Assembly: GCA_019057815.1 (NCBI GenBank) | Contig: JAHLWR010000016.1 | Coordinates: 21,959 to 85,958 of the forward strand | Length of the DNA stretch: 64,000 nucleotides | Origin: Candidatus Heimdallarchaeota archaeon | GTDB lineage: Archaea; Asgardarchaeota; Heimdallarchaeia; Heimdallarchaeales; Heimdallarchaeaceae | Direction: 5' to 3' | Shown here: piece by piece, positions 10,614-20,796 of the stretch | Numbering within the stretch: the first letter of the stretch is position 1 | Layout: each line of letters begins with the position of its first letter | Position numbers and translations under genes: made by a program | The notes under the pieces: generated by a model | Databases searched by the model: none | Told to the model about the DNA's origin: nothing | The model's input: the letters and a program-made list of their open reading frames with translations, nothing else

Positions 10614-11528
10614 CTAGATCATCAATAATTTAGCTGTATCAAGGAAATCCATTATTTTTCTTTCTATTTCTATTTCTGAGTATGAAATTGCAAAAGAAAC
10701 TATAAATTTGGTGTCAATATTTAACTCTTTTACAAGTGAAAACATCAGTTTTGAGAACTCTTGTAACTTGGTTACATTAGGGTTTTCATCTAGTACTGCT
10801 ATCAAAGTAATGACCAAATCTTTCTTCCTTTTCTCAATAATCGTAGTCAAAACTTCTGATATCTTCACAGCTTGTAATTTATCGTCAGGATTAAAAATAA
10901 TTAGAAATCCTTCAGGTATTTCATAAAGCAAATTCGCTAAAGAGATTAAGCTGCGGGAATAATTAATAACCGAAAATTGACATTCTATTGATTCAGTTGT
11001 ACTTCTGTAATCAAAGATTAAAGGTTCATAACCTCCAATATATTGGAATTTTGGTTGAATATGCTCTTTCTCATAAAAAGGCTCTAGAACTCCTTGTACT
11101 AAGCTGTTAACACCGAAAACGGATACTTTCAGTCTTTTCATTGCTACTTCTCTAACATGACCTTTTATTCTTTTCACTAAATGTGGGTAATCTTCAACTT
11201 TCATAGGAACAAAGTCATCAGCTTGAGTGTTCACTAACCAATCAATAAAATTAGTTTTAAGTTCTGCTTCAACATCTACAGTAAGTTCAGGAGTGATGTA
11301 GAGTCTATTTGCTCTAAGTACAAGTCCATATGCCATTGGAAGAGATTTGATGAAAAACGAAAACTCGTATGAATCGATATTAAGTATTGTACAAAACGAC
11401 TCGAATTCCCAAACATTTTTCTTTTGGATTAACTCGAAGAAGTGATTAGCACGTAGATTCTCTTTTTCATCACTCATCAAACAATAACTTAAGTGATAAT
11501 ATAAATACTTTTTACTTTGAGTAATCAT
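10614..11528 (-). CDS. Hypothetical protein with degenerate Ras-like C-terminal domain
   Basis: LKVSVFG...LYEIPEGFLIIFNPDD...VITLIA follows small-GTPase secondary structure without GKS/T. Confidence 0.5.
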   Translation of the reverse strand: MITQSKKYLYYHLSYCLMSDEKENLRANHFFELIQKKNVWEFESFCTILNIDSYEFSFFIKSLPMAYGLVLRANRLYITPELTVDVEAELKTNFIDWLVNTQADDFVPMKVEDYPHLVKRIKGHVREVAMKRLKVSVFGVNSLVQGVLEPFYEKEHIQPKFQYIGGYEPLIFDYRSTTESIECQFSVINYSRSLISLANLLYEIPEGFLIIFNPDDKLQAVKISEVLTTIIEKRKKDLVITLIAVLDENPNVTKLQEFSKLMFSLVKELNIDTKFIVSFAISYSEIEIERKIMDFLDTAKLLMI

Positions 11529-11672
11529 GTACTGGAACGTTACTTATACTAGAAGTTGAGAAATAAGAAAAAATCTCTTTGCACACAGAGAAGGAGAGAG
11601 AATATGCTTTTTTGAGCTAACCTCAAAGTTTTATATATATGGTTCTTCCTCAACTCAAAAAGTGAAATCAGT

Positions 11673-12575
11673 ATGGTGTTCTTTACCTTTACTTGGGGTA
11701 TAGGTTTATCTTTGGTAGCTTTTGGTCTAGTTATTGGAGCTATAGCACCTACTTTCGGAATTGGTGGAGGTCTTTTAGCTGTCCCGATACTTATACTAGT
11801 TTATGATTTAGATGGAAATGTAGCAACTGCAACTTCGTTAGGAGTAATAATTTTTACCTCTATGAGCGGTACAATTGCTTATTTTAGAGAAAAGAGAATA
11901 GATTTTAGAATCGCTCTTTCATTTATGGTTTTTGCAATACCAGGGGCTACATCTGGTGCTTTTCTTGCCAAATTTCTAAAGGATGAAGAAATTAAAGTTG
12001 ATGTTTTTCAAATTGTTTTTGCTATTACAATGTTATTGATATCTATTTATAAAATTGTTACGATAATTATTAACAAAAGAAAGAATTCTAATCATCATAA
12101 TGAGGAAATAATAGAAAAATCTTCTAATGATAATAAACCTTGGTGGAAACAAAACAAACTATATCGTCATTTTTCGGACAAGAGAGGAGTAGAATTTAGG
12201 TATGAAGCTAAGTTATTACCTGGAATAATAATAGCAACTATTGGAGCGTTTTTGGGAGCTATGCTGGGATTAGGAGGAGGAATTATATATGTTCCAATCT
12301 TGACTATGGCTTTAGGTGTTCCAGTTGCAATTGCAGCTGCTACATCAACATTAACAATATTTGCTATTACACCAATATCTGTTTTAATAAGAAGAGCTTC
12401 AATTCTATGGGATTATGTTTTTTGCATAGCGTTAGGCACGATTATAACCTCAAATATAGTGCCAAGATTCTTATATAAAATCAAATCAAAATCGATTCTT
12501 ACAGGTTTTTGGATTTTAGCCATGGGAGCTGCTATTCGCTTGTTAATCAAAGTTCTAACTGGAATCGATGTTTGA
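11673..12575 (+). CDS. tauE: Sulfite exporter TauE/SafE family
   Basis: Duplicated GIGGG..VP and GLGGG..YVP motifs, ATATSL. Confidence 0.9.
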   Translation: MVFFTFTWGIGLSLVAFGLVIGAIAPTFGIGGGLLAVPILILVYDLDGNVATATSLGVIIFTSMSGTIAYFREKRIDFRIALSFMVFAIPGATSGAFLAKFLKDEEIKVDVFQIVFAITMLLISIYKIVTIIINKRKNSNHHNEEIIEKSSNDNKPWWKQNKLYRHFSDKRGVEFRYEAKLLPGIIIATIGAFLGAMLGLGGGIIYVPILTMALGVPVAIAAATSTLTIFAITPISVLIRRASILWDYVFCIALGTIITSNIVPRFLYKIKSKSILTGFWILAMGAAIRLLIKVLTGIDV

Positions 12576-12585
12576 TTTTCCTTTT

Positions 12586-13908
12586 TTATTCTATTATTTG
12601 TACTATTGCTGTAGACTTTTCTAGCAATTTTTCCGTAATATCGAGTGGATGCCCTTTATTATTGTAAACAACACAAATCTTACACTTGTACCGCTTTTCA
12701 AACTCTTCTTTTTCTATATTCTCTTGAATCGATATTAAGGAATAGGAGTAAGCTCCTTTTGTATATGTTAGTGTTTGATTAAAAGCTGCATTTTGCCATT
12801 TTTGTTCTATTATGTCTAGTATTTTTAGACTTGAATCTCCTTCACCATAAGGATTTTCAATTTTCTCGAAAATTTGTTGAATTTCTACATCAACTAATGT
12901 TTGTTTTACTGTTTCAGAAATAATTTCACCTTTAGCCGGAACTAAGAAATTAACTCCATTTTCAACAGTTTCTGGTCGTTCAGTGTTTGGCCTAATAGTT
13001 ACACATGGCTTTTTTAAGATTAAAGCTTCTTCTTGTAAACCTCCAGAATCAGTTAAAATCAACTTACATTTTTGATCTGATAAAATTTTCAGAATAGAAA
13101 GATAATCTACTGAAGAAAAAACAGAGAGATTGGTTATTGAGGTTAACCTTTTATAACAATTGATTTCTTGTATTTTTTTCAGTGTTCTGGGATGTGCAAA
13201 AAACACAATTTCAATACCATTGAGTGATTCGAAGGCTTTTATTATTTCCACTAAATTTTCTGGATTCTCAACATTTGAAATTCTGTGAATAGTGCATAAG
13301 ATATAATCATCTTTTATTTTCTCTTTGATTTGAGTAATATAATGAGAATCATAGTGCTTGAGATTTTTTGAAAATACTTTTACAGCATCGACAATTGTAT
13401 TTCCTGTAAGAAATATTCTGTCAGAATCAATTTTCTCGTGTAAAAGATTAATTACAGCTCTTTTTGAGGGTGCAAATAGAAATGACGACACTCCATCAAC
13501 AAGCCTTCTGTTTCTCTCTTCTGGCATGGTGTTATCAAATGATCTTAATCCTGCTTCTATATGTCCAAAAGGGATATTATTTACTGAACAAGCCAAGCAA
13601 CAAGCTAAAACACTGTTTGTATCACCTGCTGCTATGACCATATCAGGTTTGTTTTTTCTTAATATCAGTCCTAATTGCGAAATCATCTCTCCAAGCTGTA
13701 TATCGGAGTCTGTAGTATTGGTAGTCAGATTAATATTGGGTTTTGGAATTCCTAGATTTTGAATAATCAGCCCTGACATCTCTTCATCGTAATGTTGTCC
13801 TGTATGAATAATTGTTAAATTGATTTTACGCCTTTTAGCTTCTAAAATCACTGGGGCTAGTTTAATTATTTCAGGTCGTGTTCCAAAAACAGCGGTTAAT
13901 TTAAGCAT
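12586..13908 (-). CDS. wecB: UDP-N-acetylglucosamine 2-epimerase (non-hydrolysing)
   Basis: GTRPEIIK, HTGQHYD, HIEAGLRS, MPEE.NR, TDSGGLQEEA, TERPE. Confidence 0.95.
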   Translation of the reverse strand: MLKLTAVFGTRPEIIKLAPVILEAKRRKINLTIIHTGQHYDEEMSGLIIQNLGIPKPNINLTTNTTDSDIQLGEMISQLGLILRKNKPDMVIAAGDTNSVLACCLACSVNNIPFGHIEAGLRSFDNTMPEERNRRLVDGVSSFLFAPSKRAVINLLHEKIDSDRIFLTGNTIVDAVKVFSKNLKHYDSHYITQIKEKIKDDYILCTIHRISNVENPENLVEIIKAFESLNGIEIVFFAHPRTLKKIQEINCYKRLTSITNLSVFSSVDYLSILKILSDQKCKLILTDSGGLQEEALILKKPCVTIRPNTERPETVENGVNFLVPAKGEIISETVKQTLVDVEIQQIFEKIENPYGEGDSSLKILDIIEQKWQNAAFNQTLTYTKGAYSYSLISIQENIEKEEFEKRYKCKICVVYNNKGHPLDITEKLLEKSTAIVQIIE

Positions 13909-13953
13909 TATATATACTAGAAAGTGTTTATTATTTTAAGTATTAGTGTCTAA

Positions 13954-15054
13954 TCAAGCTAATAAGTAGAAATTATTATCCAAAAGTGATATAATATGAT
14001 CAAGTTGTTCTTGATTTGGCATAATATTGGGTTTGAGTTCCTCCAAATAATTATCCAATGCTTTTAAAACGTCTGAAGATGTCCTTTCTAATCTCTTGCT
14101 AGAAATCTTTGTTTGTAAAATCATAAAAACTTTTTCACCAGCATAGAAGTTCAAAGAAGATGAAGTCGTTTTAAGTTCTTTAAACTGCTCGTCTTTAGAA
14201 GAAGCAATATAATCATGTACAAAATGAAAAATCCCAGAAAGGTAACCAGAAGCAGCAATGATTTTTTCTTCATAGTCAATTTTTGTTCTTGCCAGAGGTG
14301 AATAACCAACAAGTGGATTACCTTCTTTATCTACAACTAATATAGTTTGAATTCCATGGGATATGGATTGAGCCAAGTAGAATGCAACTGTGATAAGTAC
14401 TGCAACAGTATATAAATTATCAATTAGTATAAAAGATAGAAGATAAGAATCAGTTAGTTCTTTTATCATCTCTCTTCGGACTATAACTAGCCCTCCGAAT
14501 CCAATCAACATTATAATTAACAGCAAAGTTATATTTCTTTTATTCTTCAGACGTTTATCGTTTGTTATTGATGCTGAACGTACATATCTAACAAAAAGAG
14601 GAGCTAATAAAAAAGCGCTAACTACAATAAAAAGACCATAAATCAAACCATAAATATCACTAGGAATGAAAGAATAAATTCTAATTGAAATATCCTTGTA
14701 TAATTGAATCATAGAATCTAAAGGTATGAGGATAAAATACACAGCTAGCATGTAAAGTGAAATAGCTAAAATCCTTGAAGCCTTAGATGAGAGAATCATT
14801 GCTTGTTCTAAACATGCAGCGAAAAGAAGAATAATTGCTAGTGCTTGCATTGCTTGAAGAGCTCTATATAGCCATAATTCATTGTATAAATATTCAAGCG
14901 CATCAAATAAATCAAAAACACCATAAACAAATAAAAAAGCTACCCAAAGACCATAAAAGGGACTCTGTCTCTTTCTACCAATAATTGCAATAATGAGCCC
15001 TCCTACCATTAAAGCAGCTGCAGAAGAACATTTCAGAATTATATAATTACTCAT
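13954..15054 (-). CDS. 7-TM membrane protein with C-terminal longin-like domain
   Basis: Seven hydrophobic helices, then IQTILVVDKEGNPL...SGYLSGIFHF...; ATG 15054 follows GGGGT (track start 15090). Confidence 0.65.
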   Translation of the reverse strand: MSNYIILKCSSAAALMVGGLIIAIIGRKRQSPFYGLWVAFLFVYGVFDLFDALEYLYNELWLYRALQAMQALAIILLFAACLEQAMILSSKASRILAISLYMLAVYFILIPLDSMIQLYKDISIRIYSFIPSDIYGLIYGLFIVVSAFLLAPLFVRYVRSASITNDKRLKNKRNITLLLIIMLIGFGGLVIVRREMIKELTDSYLLSFILIDNLYTVAVLITVAFYLAQSISHGIQTILVVDKEGNPLVGYSPLARTKIDYEEKIIAASGYLSGIFHFVHDYIASSKDEQFKELKTTSSSLNFYAGEKVFMILQTKISSKRLERTSSDVLKALDNYLEELKPNIMPNQEQLDHIISLLDNNFYLLA

Positions 15055-15138
15055 GATTACCCCAGATAACCACCTATTACAGTTAAACATATAATCAATG
15101 CATATTTAAAAATTTATCCGAAATTGTAATCATCACTC

Positions 15139-16511
15139 TATGATTTGATTCTGTCTTACAGTCATATTAACAGAAACTTACTTAGAGCATCATGGCTTGG
15201 AAGCTCACTCTAAGGGGGTAAATCACGTACCCTCCTACCCCGCCCACACTTCGTGGAGGAAGTGCTTGCGGATCGCTTTTGACAAGAATATTATAAGCCG
15301 CATTAACATCAGCGTTGATAAATTGACCTAGAGATGAACGAAATAAACCTCGTTTTACTCTTTTTCCAAGGTAGTTAGAATGATGACAGATGGGTTCATT
15401 ATCAAGGAAACTGCATTTGGAAGTGTGACTCTCATCTATGAGTTCAACCTTTATACCTCGTTCAGATGCCTTGTAAGTCAGTAAACCGATGAGGTGGTGA
15501 AAGGGGATAATAACAAAGAGTTGAGTGGTTTTTCTACGTAATCGTACATGCTGTTTCCATCTGGGATTATACCCTATTACAATAGTGTGAAGACCCTTTT
15601 CTACCCACAAATCGACAAGAAACTTGCTTAGTTTATGAAAGACATCTTTCATCTTCAATCTCCATCGTTCTCGAGCGTGATAATATGCTCGTCCATAGAT
15701 CAATCTGTTCTTCTGTTTCAATTCATTTCTCTGCTGTTGTGAATACTGTTTCTGTAACTTACTTATTTTTTTCAAATAATATTGTGTGATACTTTTTACT
15801 CCTCTCCCCTCGTCCTTGACAATAATCGGTCTGTTGCCGATATTGTCCACAAAGGTAACGAGGTTAGTTAACCCTAAATCCAAGGCTCCTTTTCTTCTAG
15901 GATCCTTCTTTTTTGGTTTAGGGAGGTTTCTGTTATAAACAATCTCTACAGTATAGCCTATTCCCCGAGGAACGATTCTTACTTCTCGAAGCTTATGTCT
16001 AGCATCTAGTCTAGTTTTAAGAGCGAATCCTACCTTTTTAGGTAGTATAAGCCATCCATTAACTATCCTTGCTTGTTGGTTGCTGATAATAGCAACATAT
16101 TCTCCATTTACTGGTTTATACCGTGGAGAATGAGGAAAACCAAGGAACTTCTCAGGGTGTTTTTTCCACTCTTTCCTTGCTAGAAAACATGCTTTCCAGT
16201 TTCTCGTTAAAAGTTTGAGCGTGTGTTGTGCTGTATGAGCAGGAAGGAGTTTATAACATTCTTCTGTTTTGAGGGTTTTGTCTAAATCATAGTACGAGAG
16301 GAAAATCTTCCTTTGCTGTCTTTGTTTGACAATGTAGTTGGCTCGGTTATAGAGATTCTTCACTTGATGGCAGAGGAAACCTAAAGCTTGATTTTTTCTT
16401 ACCTCCATCACTTCCGTTCTTGTTATAACTGCCATCGTACACTATTCTTTATTTCCCTATTTAAACTCAGAAAAAAACACTAATATGACTATATGACAAA
16501 AACAATTCATA
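15139..16511 (-). mobile_element. Non-autonomous tnpB element bounded by 31-bp imperfect inverted repeats
   Basis: 15139-15169 tatgatttgattctgtcttacagtcatatta vs reverse complement of 16481-16511 tatgaattgtttttgtcatatagtcatatta (26/31); no transposase. Confidence 0.65.
15182..16435 (-). CDS. tnpB: RNA-guided endonuclease TnpB, rearranged RuvC-II type
   Basis: KNLYNRANY, RuvC-I ALDLG, Gly at the canonical RuvC-II position (IVIG), alternative Glu in DESHTSKC, RuvC-III NADVNAAYNI. Confidence 0.92.
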   Translation of the reverse strand: MAVITRTEVMEVRKNQALGFLCHQVKNLYNRANYIVKQRQQRKIFLSYYDLDKTLKTEECYKLLPAHTAQHTLKLLTRNWKACFLARKEWKKHPEKFLGFPHSPRYKPVNGEYVAIISNQQARIVNGWLILPKKVGFALKTRLDARHKLREVRIVPRGIGYTVEIVYNRNLPKPKKKDPRRKGALDLGLTNLVTFVDNIGNRPIIVKDEGRGVKSITQYYLKKISKLQKQYSQQQRNELKQKNRLIYGRAYYHARERWRLKMKDVFHKLSKFLVDLWVEKGLHTIVIGYNPRWKQHVRLRRKTTQLFVIIPFHHLIGLLTYKASERGIKVELIDESHTSKCSFLDNEPICHHSNYLGKRVKRGLFRSSLGQFINADVNAAYNILVKSDPQALPPRSVGGVGGYVIYPLRVSFQAMML

Positions 16512-18144
16512 ATTCTTCTGGTCCCCATATTTTTGAGACCCTCTTCGATTTTCTAGCTGTAATTGTTAAATAGCCTATTACTAAAACTCCAATAACCACT
16601 GCAGACACCCAGAAAATCCATGGAGATTGGCTCTTTACTTCTTCTTTAACATTGAGTTTTACTTCAGTTGTATCATGTATCCAATCTGTGCCATCATAAA
16701 CTGCAACTTTCAAATAATATGAACCAGAGTTAACAGTAGATAATTCCCAAAAGTAAGCTCCTGCATTTGATAAATCTGAAGCAATCCGATCCCAATTATA
16801 TCCATCCTCAGAAATCATAATATTACATGTCAATTGATCATTATCTGGATCAGTTGCTACCCATCTGATGGTATAGCTTTGTATAACTTGATTGGGTTCA
16901 GATGGATTAGTAACTTTTACTTCAGGAAGCGAATTATTATAAGTTAATCTAGGTTCTGAAGCAAGATAAATTAAAGCTTCATAAATTAATTCACAATTAA
17001 ACAATATCCCAGTACCTGAAGGGTTGAAGTAATCAAAATATGAACCATTAAACGGTTTTTGATAGGTCTCTAGAGTAAAACTTAGGATGTTATAAGAAGA
17101 ATAACAATAATCATCCCATCCTCCAGTTGTATTATAACCTGTTTCATTCCATAAACTAAAACCTGTAATATCTTTTAAGTCTGTCAACAGAGCGTTATAC
17201 TCATCTTTATCATCTATTGGTAGTGAGAGATTATAACACCAAGGTGCAATTATAGCCTTGAACCCACTATGTAGACTGACAGCTAGATTAAATGAATGTC
17301 CTTTCATAAAATCTCTTAACGCTTGTGTTTCAAGTTCACTAAAGGGTGTTTCTCCTCTGTATAATTCACTATTTTTGTCGTTAGAAGAACCTAATCCATC
17401 CCAAAAAACGGGATAATTTCTGTTTAGATCAGTTCCTCCTGGAAGGTCTTCTGCAATATCACCATCATGATCTAAATCCTTTTCAACAAAATAGGATGTG
17501 TTCTGTTCACTATCCCAGAAGTACATCCTTTCTTCTTCATCAAATAAACTACCATCTTCATCATCGTCAATCGGATTCATGTTCTTCCTTTGTTCAGGAA
17601 ATTTATGAATAATAGATACACCATCAGGATTTAACATAGGGATGATGTAAATTTCAGTATTTGCCAGAAGATCACTGTAATTAGCAAAATTGATTTGATT
17701 ATAAATGAGGTTATCGATAAAATAGAGAGCGTTTTCAACCGTAATTAACTCTCTAGCATGATGAGCTGCAACTATGTAAAATTCTGTTTTCGCAGAAGTA
17801 ATTGTCTCATTTGTAATCTTTACACACCATAGTTCTCTATCTTGCCAAGATTTTCCAATAGAAAAAACATCCACTAAATATGGAAAATTAGAATTTAAAT
17901 TCATCAACTTGTCTGTCATTTCAGTATAGTTATGATATGGACCGATATTTTCTCCCCAGAATACTACATCCTCTCCATTGATATCCCCTGGAGGATTAGA
18001 TAGTTCTTCCCAAATCCAAAAGTAACCATTTTCCTGTCTTTTTGATGGTGTAAAAATATAAGCTGATTCTGTTATTTGTAGAACTTGAAGATTAGTAAGT
18101 AATATAATGACTGTAAAAACTAAAATCTTCTGTTTTTTGCTCAT
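16507..18144 (-). CDS. Secreted, membrane-anchored M14 zinc carboxypeptidase
   Basis: Signal peptide, HARE, NPDG, DLNRNY, SLHS, TLE; Ig-like domain and C-terminal TM. Confidence 0.9.
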   Translation of the reverse strand: MSKKQKILVFTVIILLTNLQVLQITESAYIFTPSKRQENGYFWIWEELSNPPGDINGEDVVFWGENIGPYHNYTEMTDKLMNLNSNFPYLVDVFSIGKSWQDRELWCVKITNETITSAKTEFYIVAAHHARELITVENALYFIDNLIYNQINFANYSDLLANTEIYIIPMLNPDGVSIIHKFPEQRKNMNPIDDDEDGSLFDEEERMYFWDSEQNTSYFVEKDLDHDGDIAEDLPGGTDLNRNYPVFWDGLGSSNDKNSELYRGETPFSELETQALRDFMKGHSFNLAVSLHSGFKAIIAPWCYNLSLPIDDKDEYNALLTDLKDITGFSLWNETGYNTTGGWDDYCYSSYNILSFTLETYQKPFNGSYFDYFNPSGTGILFNCELIYEALIYLASEPRLTYNNSLPEVKVTNPSEPNQVIQSYTIRWVATDPDNDQLTCNIMISEDGYNWDRIASDLSNAGAYFWELSTVNSGSYYLKVAVYDGTDWIHDTTEVKLNVKEEVKSQSPWIFWVSAVVIGVLVIGYLTITARKSKRVSKIWGPEEL

Positions 18145-18208
18145 TAAGAATGGAAGATTATGAGAACTTAAAAATATTCACACTAAAGCCTACATTTTGA
18201 AGAAAGAC

Positions 18209-18246
18209 AAAACTTAATAACGGTTATGCACGATTATGCAACAACC
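18209..18246 (+). promoter_or_regulatory. BRE/TATA plus tandem operator-like repeat upstream of the sulfur operon
   Basis: AAAACTTAATAA followed by cggttatgca-cgattatgca (10-bp tandem repeat, palindromic TGCA cores). Confidence 0.45.
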
Positions 18247-18272
18247 TATAATAACCAAAGTAGGCGTATGAA

Positions 18273-18512
18273 ATGGTAGATTACGAAATATCAATTTCTA
18301 TAGATGCTAGGGGTAGTTTTTGCCCAGGCCCAATGATGGAGCTAATCAAAGCTATTAGACAATCTGAAGTAGGGGACTTTGTTGAAGTACTGAGTAGTGA
18401 TGAAGGATCATTACAGGATATTCCTGCATGGATTGCTAAGGCTAAACATGAACTGATTGATACAGTGAAAAAAGCGGACTTCAATCGATTTATTGTTAAA
18501 AAAACTTGGTAG
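18273..18512 (+). CDS. tusA: TusA/SirA sulfurtransferase
   Basis: DARGSFCPGP, DIPAW. Confidence 0.9.
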   Translation: MVDYEISISIDARGSFCPGPMMELIKAIRQSEVGDFVEVLSSDEGSLQDIPAWIAKAKHELIDTVKKADFNRFIVKKTW

Positions 18513-18520
18513 GTACTGAA

Positions 18521-19666
18521 ATGCCAATAGCAGTAATACTTGGAGGAGGTTTTGCTGGCCTTACAATTGCAAACAAACTAGCAATAAAGCTAAAAAAAAG
18601 AAAAGAAGTCGAAATAGTACTAATAGAACCAGCTGATTCTCATCTTTATGAGCCTGGTTTGCTCTACTATCCTTTTAATGATAAACCATTGTCAAAGCTA
18701 GAGAAACCTATTTCTAAAATACTTCGTAAGAATGTTAAGCACATAAAGCAGAAAGCTATTAAAATTGACTATGAGAACAAGAAAATAACTCTAGAAGATG
18801 GTGAAGTGATTGATTACAACTGTTTGGTTATGGCAACAGGTGTTGATCTAAAAGAAGAAAGGCTTGGTCTAACTGATAAGGATAATGTTCATCATTTTTA
18901 TTCAGCAGAAGCGACTTTAAAAATAAGAGAAGCTTTGAAGAATTTCAAAGGTGGGAATATTGTTATTTCACCATCCACAGTACCCTATAAATGTCCACCT
19001 GCACCGATTGAATTTGCTTTTCTGTTAGATGAATATCTACGTAGAAAAAAAATAAGAGACAAAACTAACATCAAATTCCTATATCCTTTACCACGTCCTT
19101 TCAACATTCGAGTAGTTGCAGCTAAAATACTGAAACTTTTCGAGAAAAAAGACATAGAATTTGAACCATTCTTCAATTATGATAAAATTGATACAGAGAA
19201 CAAGAAAATTCTCTCTTTTGAGGGTGATGAAGCTTCTTATGATCTTTTAGTGATAATCCCTCCTCATGAAGGGCAAGATATTATCAAAGATTCTGGATTA
19301 GGAGATAAAGAAGGATTCGTACTTACAGACAGAGAAACTTTGCAAGTTGAAGGACAAAAGAGTATTTACGCTGTTGGTGATTGCACAAATATTCCAGTAT
19401 CAAAAGCTGGTACAGTTGCTCATTTCGCTGCAGATGTCATAGTAAAGAATATGATATCGAAAATAGATAATAAAGAACCAACTGCGCGTTATGACGGTAA
19501 AACACTTTGTTTTCTAGTTACTAGCTCAAGTAAATCATTCTTATTGGATTTTTCATTTAAGAAAGAACCTAGAAAGATTGGTTTGCATTCCTGGCGCATT
19601 TATGGGATTATGAAAAAACTATTTCAATACTTTTACTTTGGTGGTCTAATTACAGGTAGAATTTAG
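18521..19666 (+). CDS. sqr: Sulfide:quinone oxidoreductase-like flavoprotein
   Basis: GGGFAG, KCPPAP, IPPH, AVGDC, SKAG, C-terminal catalytic Cys (YDGKTLC); ATG 18521 (track TTG 18506). Confidence 0.85.
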   Translation: MPIAVILGGGFAGLTIANKLAIKLKKRKEVEIVLIEPADSHLYEPGLLYYPFNDKPLSKLEKPISKILRKNVKHIKQKAIKIDYENKKITLEDGEVIDYNCLVMATGVDLKEERLGLTDKDNVHHFYSAEATLKIREALKNFKGGNIVISPSTVPYKCPPAPIEFAFLLDEYLRRKKIRDKTNIKFLYPLPRPFNIRVVAAKILKLFEKKDIEFEPFFNYDKIDTENKKILSFEGDEASYDLLVIIPPHEGQDIIKDSGLGDKEGFVLTDRETLQVEGQKSIYAVGDCTNIPVSKAGTVAHFAADVIVKNMISKIDNKEPTARYDGKTLCFLVTSSSKSFLLDFSFKKEPRKIGLHSWRIYGIMKKLFQYFYFGGLITGRI

Positions 19667-19915
19667 GTGATTAAAATGATGGATTACACAATAACAAAAA
19701 CTCTTGATGTTAAAAAACTCAATTGCCCTTTTCCTATTCTCAAAACAAAGAAAGCAATAAATGATATTGAGATAGGAGAGTATCTAGAAGTTTTAGCCAC
19801 TGATCCAGGATCAGTTTCAGATTTTCAAGCTTGGTGTAATTCTACAAGTCATGAACTTGTGGAATCATCTCAGGAAAATGGAATTTTTAGGTACATTATA
19901 AAGAAAACTAAATAA
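19667..19915 (+). CDS. tusA: TusA/SirA sulfurtransferase
   Basis: LDVKKLNCPFP, ATDPGS..DF.AWC. Confidence 0.92.
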   Translation: MIKMMDYTITKTLDVKKLNCPFPILKTKKAINDIEIGEYLEVLATDPGSVSDFQAWCNSTSHELVESSQENGIFRYIIKKTK

Positions 19916-19929
19916 AAAGAGGTATAAAA

Positions 19930-20403
19930 ATGTCAGAAAAAAAGAAAAGATTAGCAATAATAGCCTCACAAGCTAATATAACAGGAGCATATCCACCACT
20001 ACTCTTAGCTACAACAGCAGCTGCTATGGACTATGAAGTAGGAATATTCTTCACATTCTTTGGGTTAAATATGCTTAAGAAGAATAAGTTAAACAAAATT
20101 AAGATAACACCAGCTGGTGAAACAGCAATGCCTATGCCTATTCCTCAAATAGTAGGTGTCTTACCAGGAATGACAAGTATGGCAACAAAAATGATGAAGA
20201 GCTGGATGAAAAAAGCAAATGTTGCAAAATTGCAAGAACTTATGGACATCGCTGTAGAATCAGGAGTGAAACTTATCGCATGCCAAATGACAATGGAAGT
20301 CATGAAAATCAAGCGAAAGGATTTGATTGATGAATGTGTTGTTGGTGGCGCCGCTACATTTATAGAATTTGCTTCAGAAGCTGATATTAACCTGTACATT
20401 TAG
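19930..20403 (+). CDS. DsrE2-like (DsrE/DsrF/DrsH-like) sulfur carrier
   Basis: AYPPLLLATTAAAM, FFTFFGL, ACQMTM, GAATF. Confidence 0.9.
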   Translation: MSEKKKRLAIIASQANITGAYPPLLLATTAAAMDYEVGIFFTFFGLNMLKKNKLNKIKITPAGETAMPMPIPQIVGVLPGMTSMATKMMKSWMKKANVAKLQELMDIAVESGVKLIACQMTMEVMKIKRKDLIDECVVGGAATFIEFASEADINLYI

Positions 20404-20412
20404 GTGCATTGA

Positions 20413-20787
20413 ATGACTGAACAAGACAAAGTAATCTTTGTTGTAACACATGGGGAAGAATATAAAGATCGTCTAGAATCTCCCCTTCATTTAGCTTCTC
20501 TTGCAGCTATGCTTGATGCAGATGTGAAGATGGTTTATACAATGTCTGCTGGTTTGCTTCTTAAGAAAGGTGTAGCAGAGAATCTCATTCCGAAAGAAGG
20601 AAGAAAGTCCCTCATTGAAACAATTCGAGAAGCAAAAGAAGCTGGTGTTAAAATCTATGTATGCAGTCCAGTTCTAGAATGGAACGATTTAAAGAGAGAA
20701 GACTTTATCGATGAAGTAGATGATATCGTTGGTGGAATGTTTTTGATTACTGAATCCTTGGATGCAAAAGTAACATATACGTTTTAG
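20413..20787 (+). CDS. DsrE family protein
   Basis: VVTHG, GVKIYVC, fold pattern of DsrE. Confidence 0.85.
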   Translation: MTEQDKVIFVVTHGEEYKDRLESPLHLASLAAMLDADVKMVYTMSAGLLLKKGVAENLIPKEGRKSLIETIREAKEAGVKIYVCSPVLEWNDLKREDFIDEVDDIVGGMFLITESLDAKVTYTF

Positions 20788-20796
20788 TGATAAATA

